DNA from: Candidatus Latescibacterota bacterium
GTDB lineage: Bacteria > Latescibacterota > UBA2968 > GCA-2709665
Assembly: GCA_965226795.1 (NCBI GenBank)
Contig: CBDDDZ010000005.1
Location: 832,001 to 896,000 of the forward strand
Direction of reading: 5' to 3'
DNA: 64,000 bases
Shown here: positions 9,927 through 19,867 of the stretch, piece after piece
How the letters are laid out: each line of letters starts with the position of its first letter
Position numbering within the stretch: the first letter of the stretch is position 1
Notes under the pieces: model-generated
Seen by the model: only the letters and a program-made list of their open reading frames with translations
The model's database searches: none
What the model was told of the DNA's origin: nothing
Translations under genes and position numbers: made by a program

Positions 9927-10343
9927 ATGGACGTAGCCAAAGACGTGAACTATTATCTGAAGTCCACGGGTCTGGACTCGGACCGAGAGAAAGAAATCGG
10001 ACAGCACATCGGATATCGGTACGATGTAAACCTACCGCCGGACTATGAGCTCCTGACCCCGTTTTTGAAGCGATACATCGAGTTGATGGGGTGGCGTGAC
10101 CTGAACTGGCTGGAAGATGTGCATATGGGATACGAAGACGGAAAGCCCGCGGTATTCGACCGGAATATCAATGGCTGGGTGCTGGTTCCGGAAGAAATGG
10201 CATTGCCCGACAACCAGCAGGAGCGTGACATGATTGCGCGGGAACTGCTCGTCAAGTTTCAAATGTCCGAGAAGCATCCGATTGTGGAACTCAGAGATGC
10301 ATACGGAATAACGCTTGAATGCGATGCCGCGTCCTCCGGGTAG
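9927..10343 (+). CDS. Hypothetical protein (138 aa)
   Basis: AGGAG RBS, globular-looking composition, co-oriented within the cluster. Confidence 0.75.
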   Translation: MDVAKDVNYYLKSTGLDSDREKEIGQHIGYRYDVNLPPDYELLTPFLKRYIELMGWRDLNWLEDVHMGYEDGKPAVFDRNINGWVLVPEEMALPDNQQERDMIARELLVKFQMSEKHPIVELRDAYGITLECDAASSG

Positions 10344-10554
10344 CCAGTACAAACAGTCTACAGCGGTGCGCCCGGCGGCTGTACGGCAGCGCTTCTGCGA
10401 AGGACCGACCGGGGTGCAGTGCGGCGATGTACTGTCGGCGGAAATCGTTGTGACTCCTTGAAAATACGTGTCTTATGTCATTCTCAGACGGCGTGCTTCT
10501 CCCAGGGCGCGTTCGACTCTGATTGCCGGCATCAGCTAAAACCGGGGAGGCATT

Positions 10555-11949
10555 ATGAGCAAGACAAAGATGTGGGGCCCGGAGGCGTTCTGGGGAATGG
10601 ACTACGACTGGGACCCCCAATGGGTACTGACATCTGAGCAGGAGGCACTCCAGGAAAAACTGATCGAACTTTGCCGGACAACGCTGCGGGATAACGCGGT
10701 AGAGAGTGATCGCAACCTTGTGTTTCCGCGGGAAAACCTCGAGGCGCTGGCTTCGCTGGGCCTGCTCGGATTGAACGTACCACGGGAGTGGGGAGGGTTG
10801 GAAGAAAACCATACGTGTACGGCGATGGTGGTGGAGACGCTTGCGCGTTACGGGTGCGCCAGTACGGCGATGTGTTATACCATGCACATCGGCGCCGTGG
10901 CCGCGGCCATGTTCCGGGCGCACGACAACCCGACCCTTCAGGATCTCATGAAACGCCTCGACGAAGACGTGCTGGTAGGCACGTTATCCTATTCGGACCC
11001 GGAGACGGGTTCTCATTTCTGGTATCCGATATCTTCCGGGGCCGAGCGGGTGGCGGACGGCTGGAAGGTACGAAAGAAGGCGTCGTGGACGACGTCCGCG
11101 GGTTTTGCCGACTGGTACATCGTGCAGACGACGAGTCCCGATTTCGCGGGGGATTATTCGAATCTGTCCTGTTTTCTCGTGATGGCCGACGAGGTGAAAG
11201 CCGAGCCGTCCCTGTGGGATGGCCTGGGTCTGCGCGGGAACCAGTCCGGCACGCTTGAGGTTGACAACGTGACGATGCCGGAGGACAGGCTGGTCGGGCC
11301 CGTGGGAGACGGGGCGAATTCGAACGACGAAACGGTGGATCCGTTTTTCCTGTTGTGCTCATCGGCTTGCTGGAACGGCATTTCTTTGGGGATGATCGAT
11401 ATCGCCACGCGACACACGACCGCCAGGCGGCATGCGGACGTGGGTATGCGGGTGGCGGACTATCCGACGATCCAGGATTACGTGGGTGAGGCCGTGATCG
11501 ATACCAATACTTCCCGGTCCTTTGTCTACCTGATGGCCAGGGCGATGGACGATGTGACGAACCAGTGCGACTGGTCGATCCACGAGGACCTTTCCTGCAT
11601 GCCCCGGGCACAGGTGCTGCACTGGATGTGGCAGGTGAAGTTCACGGCGGCAAAGAACGTGACAAACGTCTCCGACAAGATGCTTCATGCCTGTGGCGGC
11701 ACTGGGTACAAACCCGATCTGGGGATCGAACGTTACCTGCGTGACGGTAAGGCCGGTTGGGTGATGGGCCCAACCAACGAGGTCCTCCGCCAGTTTGTGG
11801 GCAAGAGCGTGCTGTTGGGTTTTGACTCCCTGGATTATTGGAACCAGTCCGTGAACGAACGGTTATTGAGGAACGAACTCAGGAAGATGGACGGTAAGGA
11901 AAAGGAGGAACTCGCGCGGCAGCTTCTGGCCGAAGCCGATGAGGGGTGA
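10555..11949 (+). CDS. Acyl-CoA dehydrogenase-fold flavoprotein, probable flavin-dependent monooxygenase component
   Basis: 'LSYSDPETGS', 'KKASWTTS', 'WDGLGLRGNQS' and 'IERYLRDGKAGWVMGPTNEV'. The usual 'IYEGT' catalytic Glu is absent. Confidence 0.85.
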   Translation: MSKTKMWGPEAFWGMDYDWDPQWVLTSEQEALQEKLIELCRTTLRDNAVESDRNLVFPRENLEALASLGLLGLNVPREWGGLEENHTCTAMVVETLARYGCASTAMCYTMHIGAVAAAMFRAHDNPTLQDLMKRLDEDVLVGTLSYSDPETGSHFWYPISSGAERVADGWKVRKKASWTTSAGFADWYIVQTTSPDFAGDYSNLSCFLVMADEVKAEPSLWDGLGLRGNQSGTLEVDNVTMPEDRLVGPVGDGANSNDETVDPFFLLCSSACWNGISLGMIDIATRHTTARRHADVGMRVADYPTIQDYVGEAVIDTNTSRSFVYLMARAMDDVTNQCDWSIHEDLSCMPRAQVLHWMWQVKFTAAKNVTNVSDKMLHACGGTGYKPDLGIERYLRDGKAGWVMGPTNEVLRQFVGKSVLLGFDSLDYWNQSVNERLLRNELRKMDGKEKEELARQLLAEADEG

Positions 11950-14282
11950 TGCCTGCAAACGTCCAAATGACGGGAACCGGATTGCCGAGATGGACACCGG
12001 GCAGGGAGCGCTACCGGGTGCCGGGCGGCGGGGCGATCGCCCTGGCGCTGTCGCAAGGCGATCAACTGGCGGTTGTGGACGTGGAAGGGCGCCAGCGTTG
12101 CGAACTGGGCGTATTCGGCCCGGACGGGGGTGACGATCCGTCGAGGCTGGGCCTCCGGGCGGATGGCGCAATGGAAGGATTCGCGGCGGCGCTCAGGCGC
12201 GGGGACGAAAGCGCGCAGGCGGCTGATGCTGCCCTGCGGCGGAGGGGCGTCGACCTGTCGGACGCGCGGGCGGTGCAGGTTTTCGGTGGAGAGACGAAAG
12301 CGGGCACCGAAGCGTGTTTCGCCGTCGAGAGGGACGCCGTTTGCGTGATTGCGGCGCCCGGCGGTCCGATGAGGGCCGATGCCCAGGATCCCCCCACGGA
12401 CCTGGAAGTCGTGGTCAGGCGTTCCCGTGTAGAAATGTCCGAACGCCCCCCGATGCCCGCGCCCCTGGGTGACATGCGCCTGGATCGGGAGGTAGAAAGG
12501 GCGTCGGCAATCGCCTACGAGGTCAAGGCGGGAGAGTTCATCCAGGTGATCGACGTCGCTGGTCGCCAGTGTTCCGATTTTCTGGCATTCGACGCCAGGC
12601 AATTGCAGCGGGGTGTCGAGCGGGGGCTGGATGCGACCACGACGAGGACGCTCATGGGCGCGGCCTATCCCGGTCCGGGCCTGTTTTCGAAATTTTACGA
12701 CCAGGATATGCATCCGCTGGTCGAAGTCGTTCGGGATACGGTAGGGCGGCACGATACGTTTGCGCTTGCGTGCACCGCGAAATATTACGAGGATATGGGT
12801 TATCCCGGTCACGTCAACTGTACGGACAACTTCAACGTGGCATTGGATCCGTATACGATTCAGCGCCGGCGCGGCTGGCCCGCGGTGAATTTTTTCTACA
12901 ATACGAGAATCGATCAGAATAACGTCCTTTTCATGGATGAGCCATGGTCTCGTCCGGGCGATTACGTGCTGTTGAAAGCCTTAACGGACCTTGTCTGCCT
13001 GTCGTCCGCGTGCCCGGACGATATCGATCCGGCCAATGGCTGGGAGCCAACGGAGATTCAGGTTCGCGTTTACCCTGAACGGTACCGGTTTTCCAGAGGG
13101 ATTGCTCACCGGATGACGGCAGACGCCGAGCCGAGGTTGACGAGGGAGACGGCCTTCCACCAACGCACCTCTGCCTTGACTCGCCATTTTGAGGAATATC
13201 GCGGTTTTTGGCTGCCCGCCTGCTATACCGGGAAGGGCGTCGTTGAGGAATATTACGCCTGCCGCGAGGCGGCGGTGGTGATGGATCTGTCCGCGCTTCG
13301 CAAGTTCGAGGTTCTCGGGCCGGACGCCGAGGCGCTGTTGCAGCACACGCTCACACGCGACGTTCGCAGGCTTTCGGCGGGGCAGGTGACTTATTCCGCC
13401 ATGTGTTACGAAACAGGCGGGATGCTGGACGACGGCACGCTGTTTCGGTTGGGGTCCGAGAATTTCCGCTGGATCTGCGGCGACGATTACGGGGGTACGT
13501 GGTTGCGCGAGCAGGCGGGTCGCCTGGGGATGCGTGTATGGGTCAGAAATTCGACCGACCAACTCCACAATCTTGCCGTTCAGGGCCCCAGGAGCCGGGA
13601 AATTCTGCGCGAAATCATCTGGACGCCTCCGTCCCGCCCGTCACTGGACGAATTGGGCTGGTTCCGATTTACGGTGGGTCGAATTGGCGATGGAAGCGGA
13701 GCGGCGATTGTCGTATCCCGGACGGGCTACACGGGCGAACTGGGTTATGAGGTATGGTGCCATCCCCACGATGCGCCTGCGGTCTGGGATGCCATTTGGG
13801 AGGCGGGACAGCCGTATGGCCTGACACCGCTGGGATTGGAAGCCCTGGACATGCTGCGGATTGAGTCTGGTCTGGTCTTCGCGGGCTGTGAGTTTGACGA
13901 TCAGACGGACCCGTTTGAGGCGGGTATAGGCTTCACCGTTCCGCTCAAGCGCAAGAAAGACGATTTTATAGGCAAGGAGGCGCTGATTCGAAGGCGGTCG
14001 CATCCGCAACGTGTGTTGGTGGGGCTGGAGGTATCCGGAAACGAGCCAGCCGCCACCGGCGACGGCGTCTACGATGGGCGCGGCCGCGTGGGCGTGATTA
14101 CCAGCGGCAGCCGTTCGCCCATTTTGCGCAGGAATATCGCGCTATGCCGCATGGCGTTCGGGTACGCCGCGATCGGCGTGGAAGTGGAGGTGGGAAGGCT
14201 GGACGGTCATCAGAAGCGCATCCCCGCCCGGGTGGTGCGGTTTCCGTTTTACGATCCCGGGAAAACCCGGCCGCGTTCCTGA
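11949..14282 (+). CDS. tdm: Trimethylamine N-oxide demethylase (DUF1989 + GcvT/aminomethyltransferase domains)
   Basis: DUF1989 'GRQCSDF', 'GRHDTFALAC', 'GHVNCTDNF', 'SSACPDDID' metal-ligand motifs fused to GcvT 'SRTGYTGELGYE'. Start is ATG 11949 or GTG 11946. Confidence 0.88.
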   Translation: MPANVQMTGTGLPRWTPGRERYRVPGGGAIALALSQGDQLAVVDVEGRQRCELGVFGPDGGDDPSRLGLRADGAMEGFAAALRRGDESAQAADAALRRRGVDLSDARAVQVFGGETKAGTEACFAVERDAVCVIAAPGGPMRADAQDPPTDLEVVVRRSRVEMSERPPMPAPLGDMRLDREVERASAIAYEVKAGEFIQVIDVAGRQCSDFLAFDARQLQRGVERGLDATTTRTLMGAAYPGPGLFSKFYDQDMHPLVEVVRDTVGRHDTFALACTAKYYEDMGYPGHVNCTDNFNVALDPYTIQRRRGWPAVNFFYNTRIDQNNVLFMDEPWSRPGDYVLLKALTDLVCLSSACPDDIDPANGWEPTEIQVRVYPERYRFSRGIAHRMTADAEPRLTRETAFHQRTSALTRHFEEYRGFWLPACYTGKGVVEEYYACREAAVVMDLSALRKFEVLGPDAEALLQHTLTRDVRRLSAGQVTYSAMCYETGGMLDDGTLFRLGSENFRWICGDDYGGTWLREQAGRLGMRVWVRNSTDQLHNLAVQGPRSREILREIIWTPPSRPSLDELGWFRFTVGRIGDGSGAAIVVSRTGYTGELGYEVWCHPHDAPAVWDAIWEAGQPYGLTPLGLEALDMLRIESGLVFAGCEFDDQTDPFEAGIGFTVPLKRKKDDFIGKEALIRRRSHPQRVLVGLEVSGNEPAATGDGVYDGRGRVGVITSGSRSPILRRNIALCRMAFGYAAIGVEVEVGRLDGHQKRIPARVVRFPFYDPGKTRPRS

Positions 14283-14401
14283 TCACAAAGCAAAATCTGC
14301 TTCTCTTCACCGGTCATCACGGCGGCCTCGTTCAAGGAGCCCGGATGTCCGGCGGCGGACGGCGCCGTATGCGACACCGCTTTCGTTGAAAGGGTATTGG
14401 A

Positions 14402-14890
14402 ATGGCGTTCGACCCGATGGAGCAACGCCGCATTATGGGTTGTTTTGCAACGGGCGTAACCGTTTTGACGACGGTTGCAGGCGGCGAGTCGCGGGGGATG
14501 ACGGCCAATGCGGTGACCTCGCTGTCGCTGGATCCGCCGCTGGTCATGGTGGCGGTGGACAAGGACGCGCAGATGCACGGGTACTTGAGCGGAAGCCGGT
14601 ATTTTGCATTGAATATTTTAAGTGAGGACCAGGAAGCGCTCTCCACGCAATTTGCGCGCCCCGGCCCCAAAGATTTTTCGAACGTGCCGACAACGACGGT
14701 TCGTACCGGGATGCCGGTGTTCGTGGAGGCCCTCGGTTACGTGGAGTGTCGGCTCGTGGAGGTGTTGCGGGCTGGCGATCACGATATTTTCGTTGGAGAG
14801 ATTGTGGCGGGTGATGCGGTAGACGGTCGTCCACTGTTGTTTTACCGGGGAAAGTATCGGCGGATGATGGAAGAGCCGCCGCACCTCTGA
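14402..14890 (+). CDS. Flavin reductase (HpaC/DIM6/NTAB family)
   Basis: 'FATGVTV', 'GMTANAVTSLSLDPPLV', 'GDHDIFVGE' and 'PLLFYRG' motifs. Confidence 0.93.
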   Translation: MAFDPMEQRRIMGCFATGVTVLTTVAGGESRGMTANAVTSLSLDPPLVMVAVDKDAQMHGYLSGSRYFALNILSEDQEALSTQFARPGPKDFSNVPTTTVRTGMPVFVEALGYVECRLVEVLRAGDHDIFVGEIVAGDAVDGRPLLFYRGKYRRMMEEPPHL

Positions 14891-14944
14891 TGCATTACCA
14901 TCGCATATGCATTTGCTTTCTTCAAGCTCAAACGGGGGGTAGGT

Positions 14945-16339
14945 ATGGATAACGAGCTCAGTGCGTTGACCGTCATTTTTACCGAGTTCTATTACTGGGT
15001 ATGTATTGTACTCATGTTTCTGATCCACGTCGGCTTCTGTCTATACGAAGTGGGTGTGTCCAGACGGAAAAACATGATGCACACCCTGATGAAGAACGCG
15101 ATGCTGATTCCTCTGGTGACCGTCACGTTCTATTTTTTCGGGTGGTGGATCTATTTCGCGGTTCAAAACGGGCCCGGGATCACGGGTGGGCTTATCGAAG
15201 CCGCATGGGCTGCGCCCTGGAATGAGCTTATGGGATCACATATGGGAGGAAAGCCGCACGGAGGGGGGTTGACAGGGGCCGATACGGCGCTCTGGGCGCG
15301 GTTGAACGGCGTGTTCTGGGCGGCGTTTCTGTTGTTTGCATGGACGGCGGGATCGATTCTTTCGGGCGCGGTGATTGAACGCATCCGATCCAGCGCATTC
15401 TGGATTTTTGCGGTCTTGGTGGGATCGGTCACGTGGGTAGTCGACGCGGCGTGGGGATGGTCCGCAGACGGTTGGATGGTGCAGGTACTGGGGTATCACG
15501 ATGCGTATGCCTCCGGCGTGATCCACGCGATCTGCGGCGGGTCCGCGCTGGCGATTCTCTATCACCTTGGGCCGCGCATCGGCAGGTTCAAGCCGGACGG
15601 GGCACCTAGAAATTTCCCGCCGCACAACACCTGGCTGGTGATCATCGGACTGTTTCTGATTTATACGGGATTCTGGGGCTTCTACGCGGCTTGCAACGTG
15701 CCCATTATGGACATCGATCCCGCCGACGGCCGGTCGTTCTTTTCGGCCACAACGATTTACCTTACGCCGACGACGCTTAGCGCCATCACCTTTAACTTTT
15801 TGATGTCGCTCGCCGGTGGATTGATGATGGGGTATTTCGTGTCAAAAGGCGATCCTTACTGGACCTTCTCCGGCGGGTTGGCGGGTATCATCACGGCATC
15901 GGCCGGAAACGATCTGTACCATCCGATGCAGGCGCTTCTCATCGGAGCATTCGGCACGTTCTGCATCTACAAGTTGCACAACTGGGTCGAGCGCCGTTTC
16001 AGAATTGACGATGCCGTGGGCGCCGTGGCGGTACATGGATATGCCGGGGTAATCGGGGTGATTGTCGCAGGATTCGTACTTTGGGGGTATCCGGGTGCGA
16101 ATCCCGCTTACGCCCCGATTACGCCCTGGGGACAGACGCTTGGGGCCGTCATTATGTTTTTCGTGCTGGGTTTTCTGCCCTGTTACGTCGTGGGGGCAAT
16201 CCTCAAGAAGCTGGGCGTTCTCCGCATTCCAAAGCGAATTGAACTGGCGGGTATGGATCACCGGACGATCGAGAACGAAACAGCGGACGCAATCGAACTC
16301 GTTCAGGTGGAAATTGATGAAGCTCAAGGGGGAAACTAG
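14945..16339 (+). CDS. amt: Ammonium/methylammonium transporter (divergent Amt family)
   Basis: About 11 hydrophobic segments; 'SGAVIER', 'SGVIHAICG', 'LGPRIGRF' and 'IDDAVGAVAVHG'; twin His retained. Confidence 0.9.
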   Translation: MDNELSALTVIFTEFYYWVCIVLMFLIHVGFCLYEVGVSRRKNMMHTLMKNAMLIPLVTVTFYFFGWWIYFAVQNGPGITGGLIEAAWAAPWNELMGSHMGGKPHGGGLTGADTALWARLNGVFWAAFLLFAWTAGSILSGAVIERIRSSAFWIFAVLVGSVTWVVDAAWGWSADGWMVQVLGYHDAYASGVIHAICGGSALAILYHLGPRIGRFKPDGAPRNFPPHNTWLVIIGLFLIYTGFWGFYAACNVPIMDIDPADGRSFFSATTIYLTPTTLSAITFNFLMSLAGGLMMGYFVSKGDPYWTFSGGLAGIITASAGNDLYHPMQALLIGAFGTFCIYKLHNWVERRFRIDDAVGAVAVHGYAGVIGVIVAGFVLWGYPGANPAYAPITPWGQTLGAVIMFFVLGFLPCYVVGAILKKLGVLRIPKRIELAGMDHRTIENETADAIELVQVEIDEAQGGN

Positions 16340-16348
16340 AGAGGACCT

Positions 16349-18034
16349 ATGCGCGAACATGGCATATTGCCGGACATCGAAATCGCGAGACAAGCAAATT
16401 TGCTTCACGTTGGCGAGGTTGCGCAGATATTGGGCGTGCCCGAAGATCAACTGGAGGTCTACGGCAGGTACAAGGCCAAGGTTTCGATGGACTTCTACGA
16501 CAGCCTGGCCGGAAATCCCACCGGCAAGCTGGTGCTGGTCTCGGCAATCAATCCGACGCCTTCCGGTGAGGGCAAGACAACCACAACCGTGGGTCTGGGC
16601 GATGCGCTGAATCGGCTGGGAAAGCCAACGACCATCTGTCTCCGTGAGCCTTCTCTGGGCCCCTGTTTCGGCATGAAGGGAGGCGCTGCCGGCGGCGGGG
16701 CGTCTCAGGTTGCGCCGATGGAGGACATCAACCTGCACTTTACGGGCGATATCCATGCAATCGGTGTCGCCCACAATCTGCTGGCCGCTGCGATTGACAA
16801 TCACATTCATCACCGAAACAGGCTGGACATCGATCCCCGGCGCATCCTGTGGAAGCGTGTGATGGACATGAACGACCGGGCGCTGCGGGAAACCGTCATC
16901 GGTCTGGGTGGTACGGGGAATTCCTATCCCCGTGAATCGGGGTTTGAAATTACGGTCGCTTCCGAGGTAATGGCGATCCTTTGCCTGTCCGAATCGCTTG
17001 GGGAGCTGCGGGAGCGACTGGGTAAGATCATCGTGGCGTATACACGGGCAAACGAACCGCTCACGGCAGCCGATCTCAACGTGCGCGGGGCGATGGCCGT
17101 GCTGTTGAGAGACGCATTAAAGCCGAATCTGGTCCAGACACTCGAGAACAACCCGGCCATTGTTCACGGGGGCCCGTTCGCCAATATCGCGCACGGCTGC
17201 AATTCGATAATCGCGACCAAGCTGGCGATGCGCCTTTCCGAGTATACGGTGACTGAGGCCGGCTTCGGCGCGGATCTTGGCGCGGAGAAATTCCTGAATA
17301 TCAAGTGCCGTCAGGCCGGCATCCGGCCCGACGCGGTTGTGCTGGTGGCCACCGTCCGTGGGTTGAAATACCACGGCGGAATTCCGGTCAGGCAGCTCGA
17401 ACTGCCCAACATGCCTGCGATTGAAAAAGGGTTGGAGAATCTGAAGAAGCATATCGAGAATATCCGGCTTTTCGCCCTGCCCGTCGTCGTGGCCGTAAAC
17501 GTTTTCCTGTCTGACACGTCCGAAGAAGTAAGGTTAATACAGGAAAAATCCGCCTGCCTGGGAGTCCCGATTGTGCCATCGGAACACTGGGCGCAAGGGG
17601 GGGCCGGGGCCGAAGCGCTTGCCTGCGCGGTTGTTGAAGCAGCAGAGACGGCGACCTCCGATTTCACCCTTCTCTATCCTGATAATCGGCGGTTGTGGGA
17701 CAAAGCACGAATTGTAGCCCGGAAAATTTACGGTGCCAACGATCTTATAGGAGACAAGCGCCTGAGAGCCCGTTTCAAGAGGCTCGATGAACAGGGTTAC
17801 GGGCGCCTGCCGGTATGCATGGCCAAGACACAGTATTCGCTTTCGACCGACCCGAAACTGACGGGCAGACCCACGGGTTTCGACGTGCCCATCCGCGACG
17901 TGCGGGTGTCTGCAGGGGCCGGTTTCGTGGTGGTATTCACGGGTGACGTCATGACGATGCCGGGGCTTCCCCGAAAGCCTTCGGCCGAAGCGATTGATTT
18001 TGATGAAGCCGGACAGACCGTCGGTCTGTTCTGA
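16349..18034 (+). CDS. fhs: Formate--tetrahydrofolate ligase
   Basis: '[10 protein letters not shown]', '[10 protein letters not shown]', '[11 protein letters not shown]', '[14 protein letters not shown]' and 'VCMAKTQYS'. Confidence 0.97.
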   Translation: MREHGILPDIEIARQANLLHVGEVAQILGVPEDQLEVYGRYKAKVSMDFYDSLAGNPTGKLVLVSAINPTPSGEGKTTTTVGLGDALNRLGKPTTICLREPSLGPCFGMKGGAAGGGASQVAPMEDINLHFTGDIHAIGVAHNLLAAAIDNHIHHRNRLDIDPRRILWKRVMDMNDRALRETVIGLGGTGNSYPRESGFEITVASEVMAILCLSESLGELRERLGKIIVAYTRANEPLTAADLNVRGAMAVLLRDALKPNLVQTLENNPAIVHGGPFANIAHGCNSIIATKLAMRLSEYTVTEAGFGADLGAEKFLNIKCRQAGIRPDAVVLVATVRGLKYHGGIPVRQLELPNMPAIEKGLENLKKHIENIRLFALPVVVAVNVFLSDTSEEVRLIQEKSACLGVPIVPSEHWAQGGAGAEALACAVVEAAETATSDFTLLYPDNRRLWDKARIVARKIYGANDLIGDKRLRARFKRLDEQGYGRLPVCMAKTQYSLSTDPKLTGRPTGFDVPIRDVRVSAGAGFVVVFTGDVMTMPGLPRKPSAEAIDFDEAGQTVGLF

Positions 18035-18179
18035 AGGCGGGGCCCATATGGATGGTGATCATCATATCCGGTGGGTAGGCAGATTGCAAATCTGGAATCT
18101 CGCGGTGTGAGACGCTTCGCTTGCGGTGCCGATTGAAACGACTCGTATTTGTACAAACACGAATGTAAGGAGGCGGCAG

Positions 18180-18410
18180 ATGAGAACGGGTCTGATAGAC
18201 ACGTGGGTGGGGAATCCGGCTGACGTGGGGCCGATGTATCCCTTTGTGGGGTACGAGGTTCCTTTCTTCGTGGTTTGTCTTGTCCTTTGGATAGCGTACA
18301 CGGTCTGGCAGATCAGGCACGAGAGAGCGAATTATCAGGACGAGCTGGATCAGTTGGCCGAGGCGAGTCCTCTCGTAACGGCAATAAGAGGTAAGGGCAG
18401 GAATTGCTAA
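18180..18410 (+). CDS. Small single-pass membrane protein (76 aa)
   Basis: AAGGAGG RBS before ATG 18180; 'DVGPMYPFVGYEV' then one TM helix. Resembles small ORFs I recall beside amt in methylamine clusters (unverified). Confidence 0.75.
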   Translation: MRTGLIDTWVGNPADVGPMYPFVGYEVPFFVVCLVLWIAYTVWQIRHERANYQDELDQLAEASPLVTAIRGKGRNC

Positions 18411-18436
18411 TCTTGATTCTGGAGGGAGATCTGACG

Positions 18437-19771
18437 ATGACGCTGGCACAGGTTAAAGAGTTCGTATCCAGGAACGGAATAGATTTCTTTCTGTGTTCGT
18501 TCGTAGAGATGAGCGGGATGCCAAAGGCCAAGGTGGTGCCCGTCACCCACCTCGACGACATGGCCTCGGAGGGCGCGGGATTCGCGGGGTTCGCGGCGGG
18601 CCATATGGGGCAGGGTCCGCACGATTCAGATATGATGAATATACCGGATTTCAATTCCATGACCGTTTTGCCGTGGCGTAAGAATACGGCGTGGGTGGCG
18701 GGCAATATCCAGGTCGACGGAGAGCCTTTCGGGTACTGTCCACGGACGATTCTGCAGCGGCAACTTGCAAAGGCGGAGGCGAAGGGATATCGGCTGAATC
18801 TGGGCGTGGAAGCGGAGTTCATTCTCCTGAAAAAGGACGAACAGAACAACTATGTTCTGGCTGACCCTCTGGACACGTTGGAGAAGCCCTGCTATGATCT
18901 TCTAACCTTGCATCGCAACCTGGATGTGATGACCACGCTGATCGGGTATTTGCAGGAGCTGGGATGGGAACCCTATGCCAACGACCACGAAGACGCAAAT
19001 TGCCAGTTCGAAATCAACTGGTCCTATTCCGACGCGCTGACGACCGCCGATCGGCAGACGTTTTTCAGATGGATGGTGAAAGTGAACGCGGAGGGGCACG
19101 GATACCACGCGACTTTTATGCCGAAGCCGTTTTCGCATCTCACTGGAAGCGGAGCGCATTATCACCTGAGCCTGTGGGATCCTGAGAACAGGACCAATCT
19201 GTTCCTGGATGAGGCGGATGAAAACGGGCTGTCGAAGGAAGCATACTGGTTTCTGGCGGGCATCCTCAACCACGCAAAAGGGATCTCGGCGGTTTCCGCA
19301 CCGCTGGTCAACAGCTATAAGCGTCTTACGAGAGGCGCTCCTCGTTCAGGCGCGTCCTGGGCGCCAATCTGCATCACCTATGGCGGATCAAACCGGACGC
19401 AGATGATTCGAATCCCGGACGCGGGCCGTATCGAGAATCGGGCCATCGACGGGGCGGCCAATCCCTATCTGACGGCTGCGGCGATGCTGGCGGCCGGGCT
19501 CGATGGCATCGAAAACCGGATGGAACCGGGCGAACGCAACGAGGGCAATCTCTACGAGGTGCCGGAGAGCGAGTTGAAAGCACGGGGCATCGACCTGCTG
19601 CCGGGAACCCTGGCGGAGGCGGCCGATCACCTGGCGGCCGACGATGTGGTCCGGGAAGCGCTGGGTACGGAGTATGCTGACTATTATGTGCAGGTGAAGC
19701 GCGAAGAGTGGGCGGAGTACCATCTGCACGTCGACCAGTGGGAGCGTGAACGCTATCTGCCGGTCTACTAA
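18437..19771 (+). CDS. gmaS: Type III glutamine synthetase-like gamma-glutamylmethylamide synthetase (GlnT/GmaS)
   Basis: 'KAKVVP', 'GAGFAGFA', 'NDHEDANCQFEIN', 'ATFMPKPF' and 'SGASWAP...NRTQMIRIP'; methylamine gene context. Confidence 0.85.
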   Translation: MTLAQVKEFVSRNGIDFFLCSFVEMSGMPKAKVVPVTHLDDMASEGAGFAGFAAGHMGQGPHDSDMMNIPDFNSMTVLPWRKNTAWVAGNIQVDGEPFGYCPRTILQRQLAKAEAKGYRLNLGVEAEFILLKKDEQNNYVLADPLDTLEKPCYDLLTLHRNLDVMTTLIGYLQELGWEPYANDHEDANCQFEINWSYSDALTTADRQTFFRWMVKVNAEGHGYHATFMPKPFSHLTGSGAHYHLSLWDPENRTNLFLDEADENGLSKEAYWFLAGILNHAKGISAVSAPLVNSYKRLTRGAPRSGASWAPICITYGGSNRTQMIRIPDAGRIENRAIDGAANPYLTAAAMLAAGLDGIENRMEPGERNEGNLYEVPESELKARGIDLLPGTLAEAADHLAADDVVREALGTEYADYYVQVKREEWAEYHLHVDQWERERYLPVY

Positions 19772-19867
19772 TGCCAGGCGCGGGGTGTGTGCCGGCCTCG
19801 TTCCGGGCATGCGGCATTCGGCTCATCGTAAACTGTGCAGTGTTGGATAAAGTCGCGGGGTTCGTCT

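Noticed and set aside
18072..18095. Sigma54 promoter or REP (GGGTAGGCAGATTGCAAATCTG) before the small ORF and gmaS
   Set aside because: Only the GG-N10-GC spacing and a 6-bp hairpin match; too weak and single-copy.
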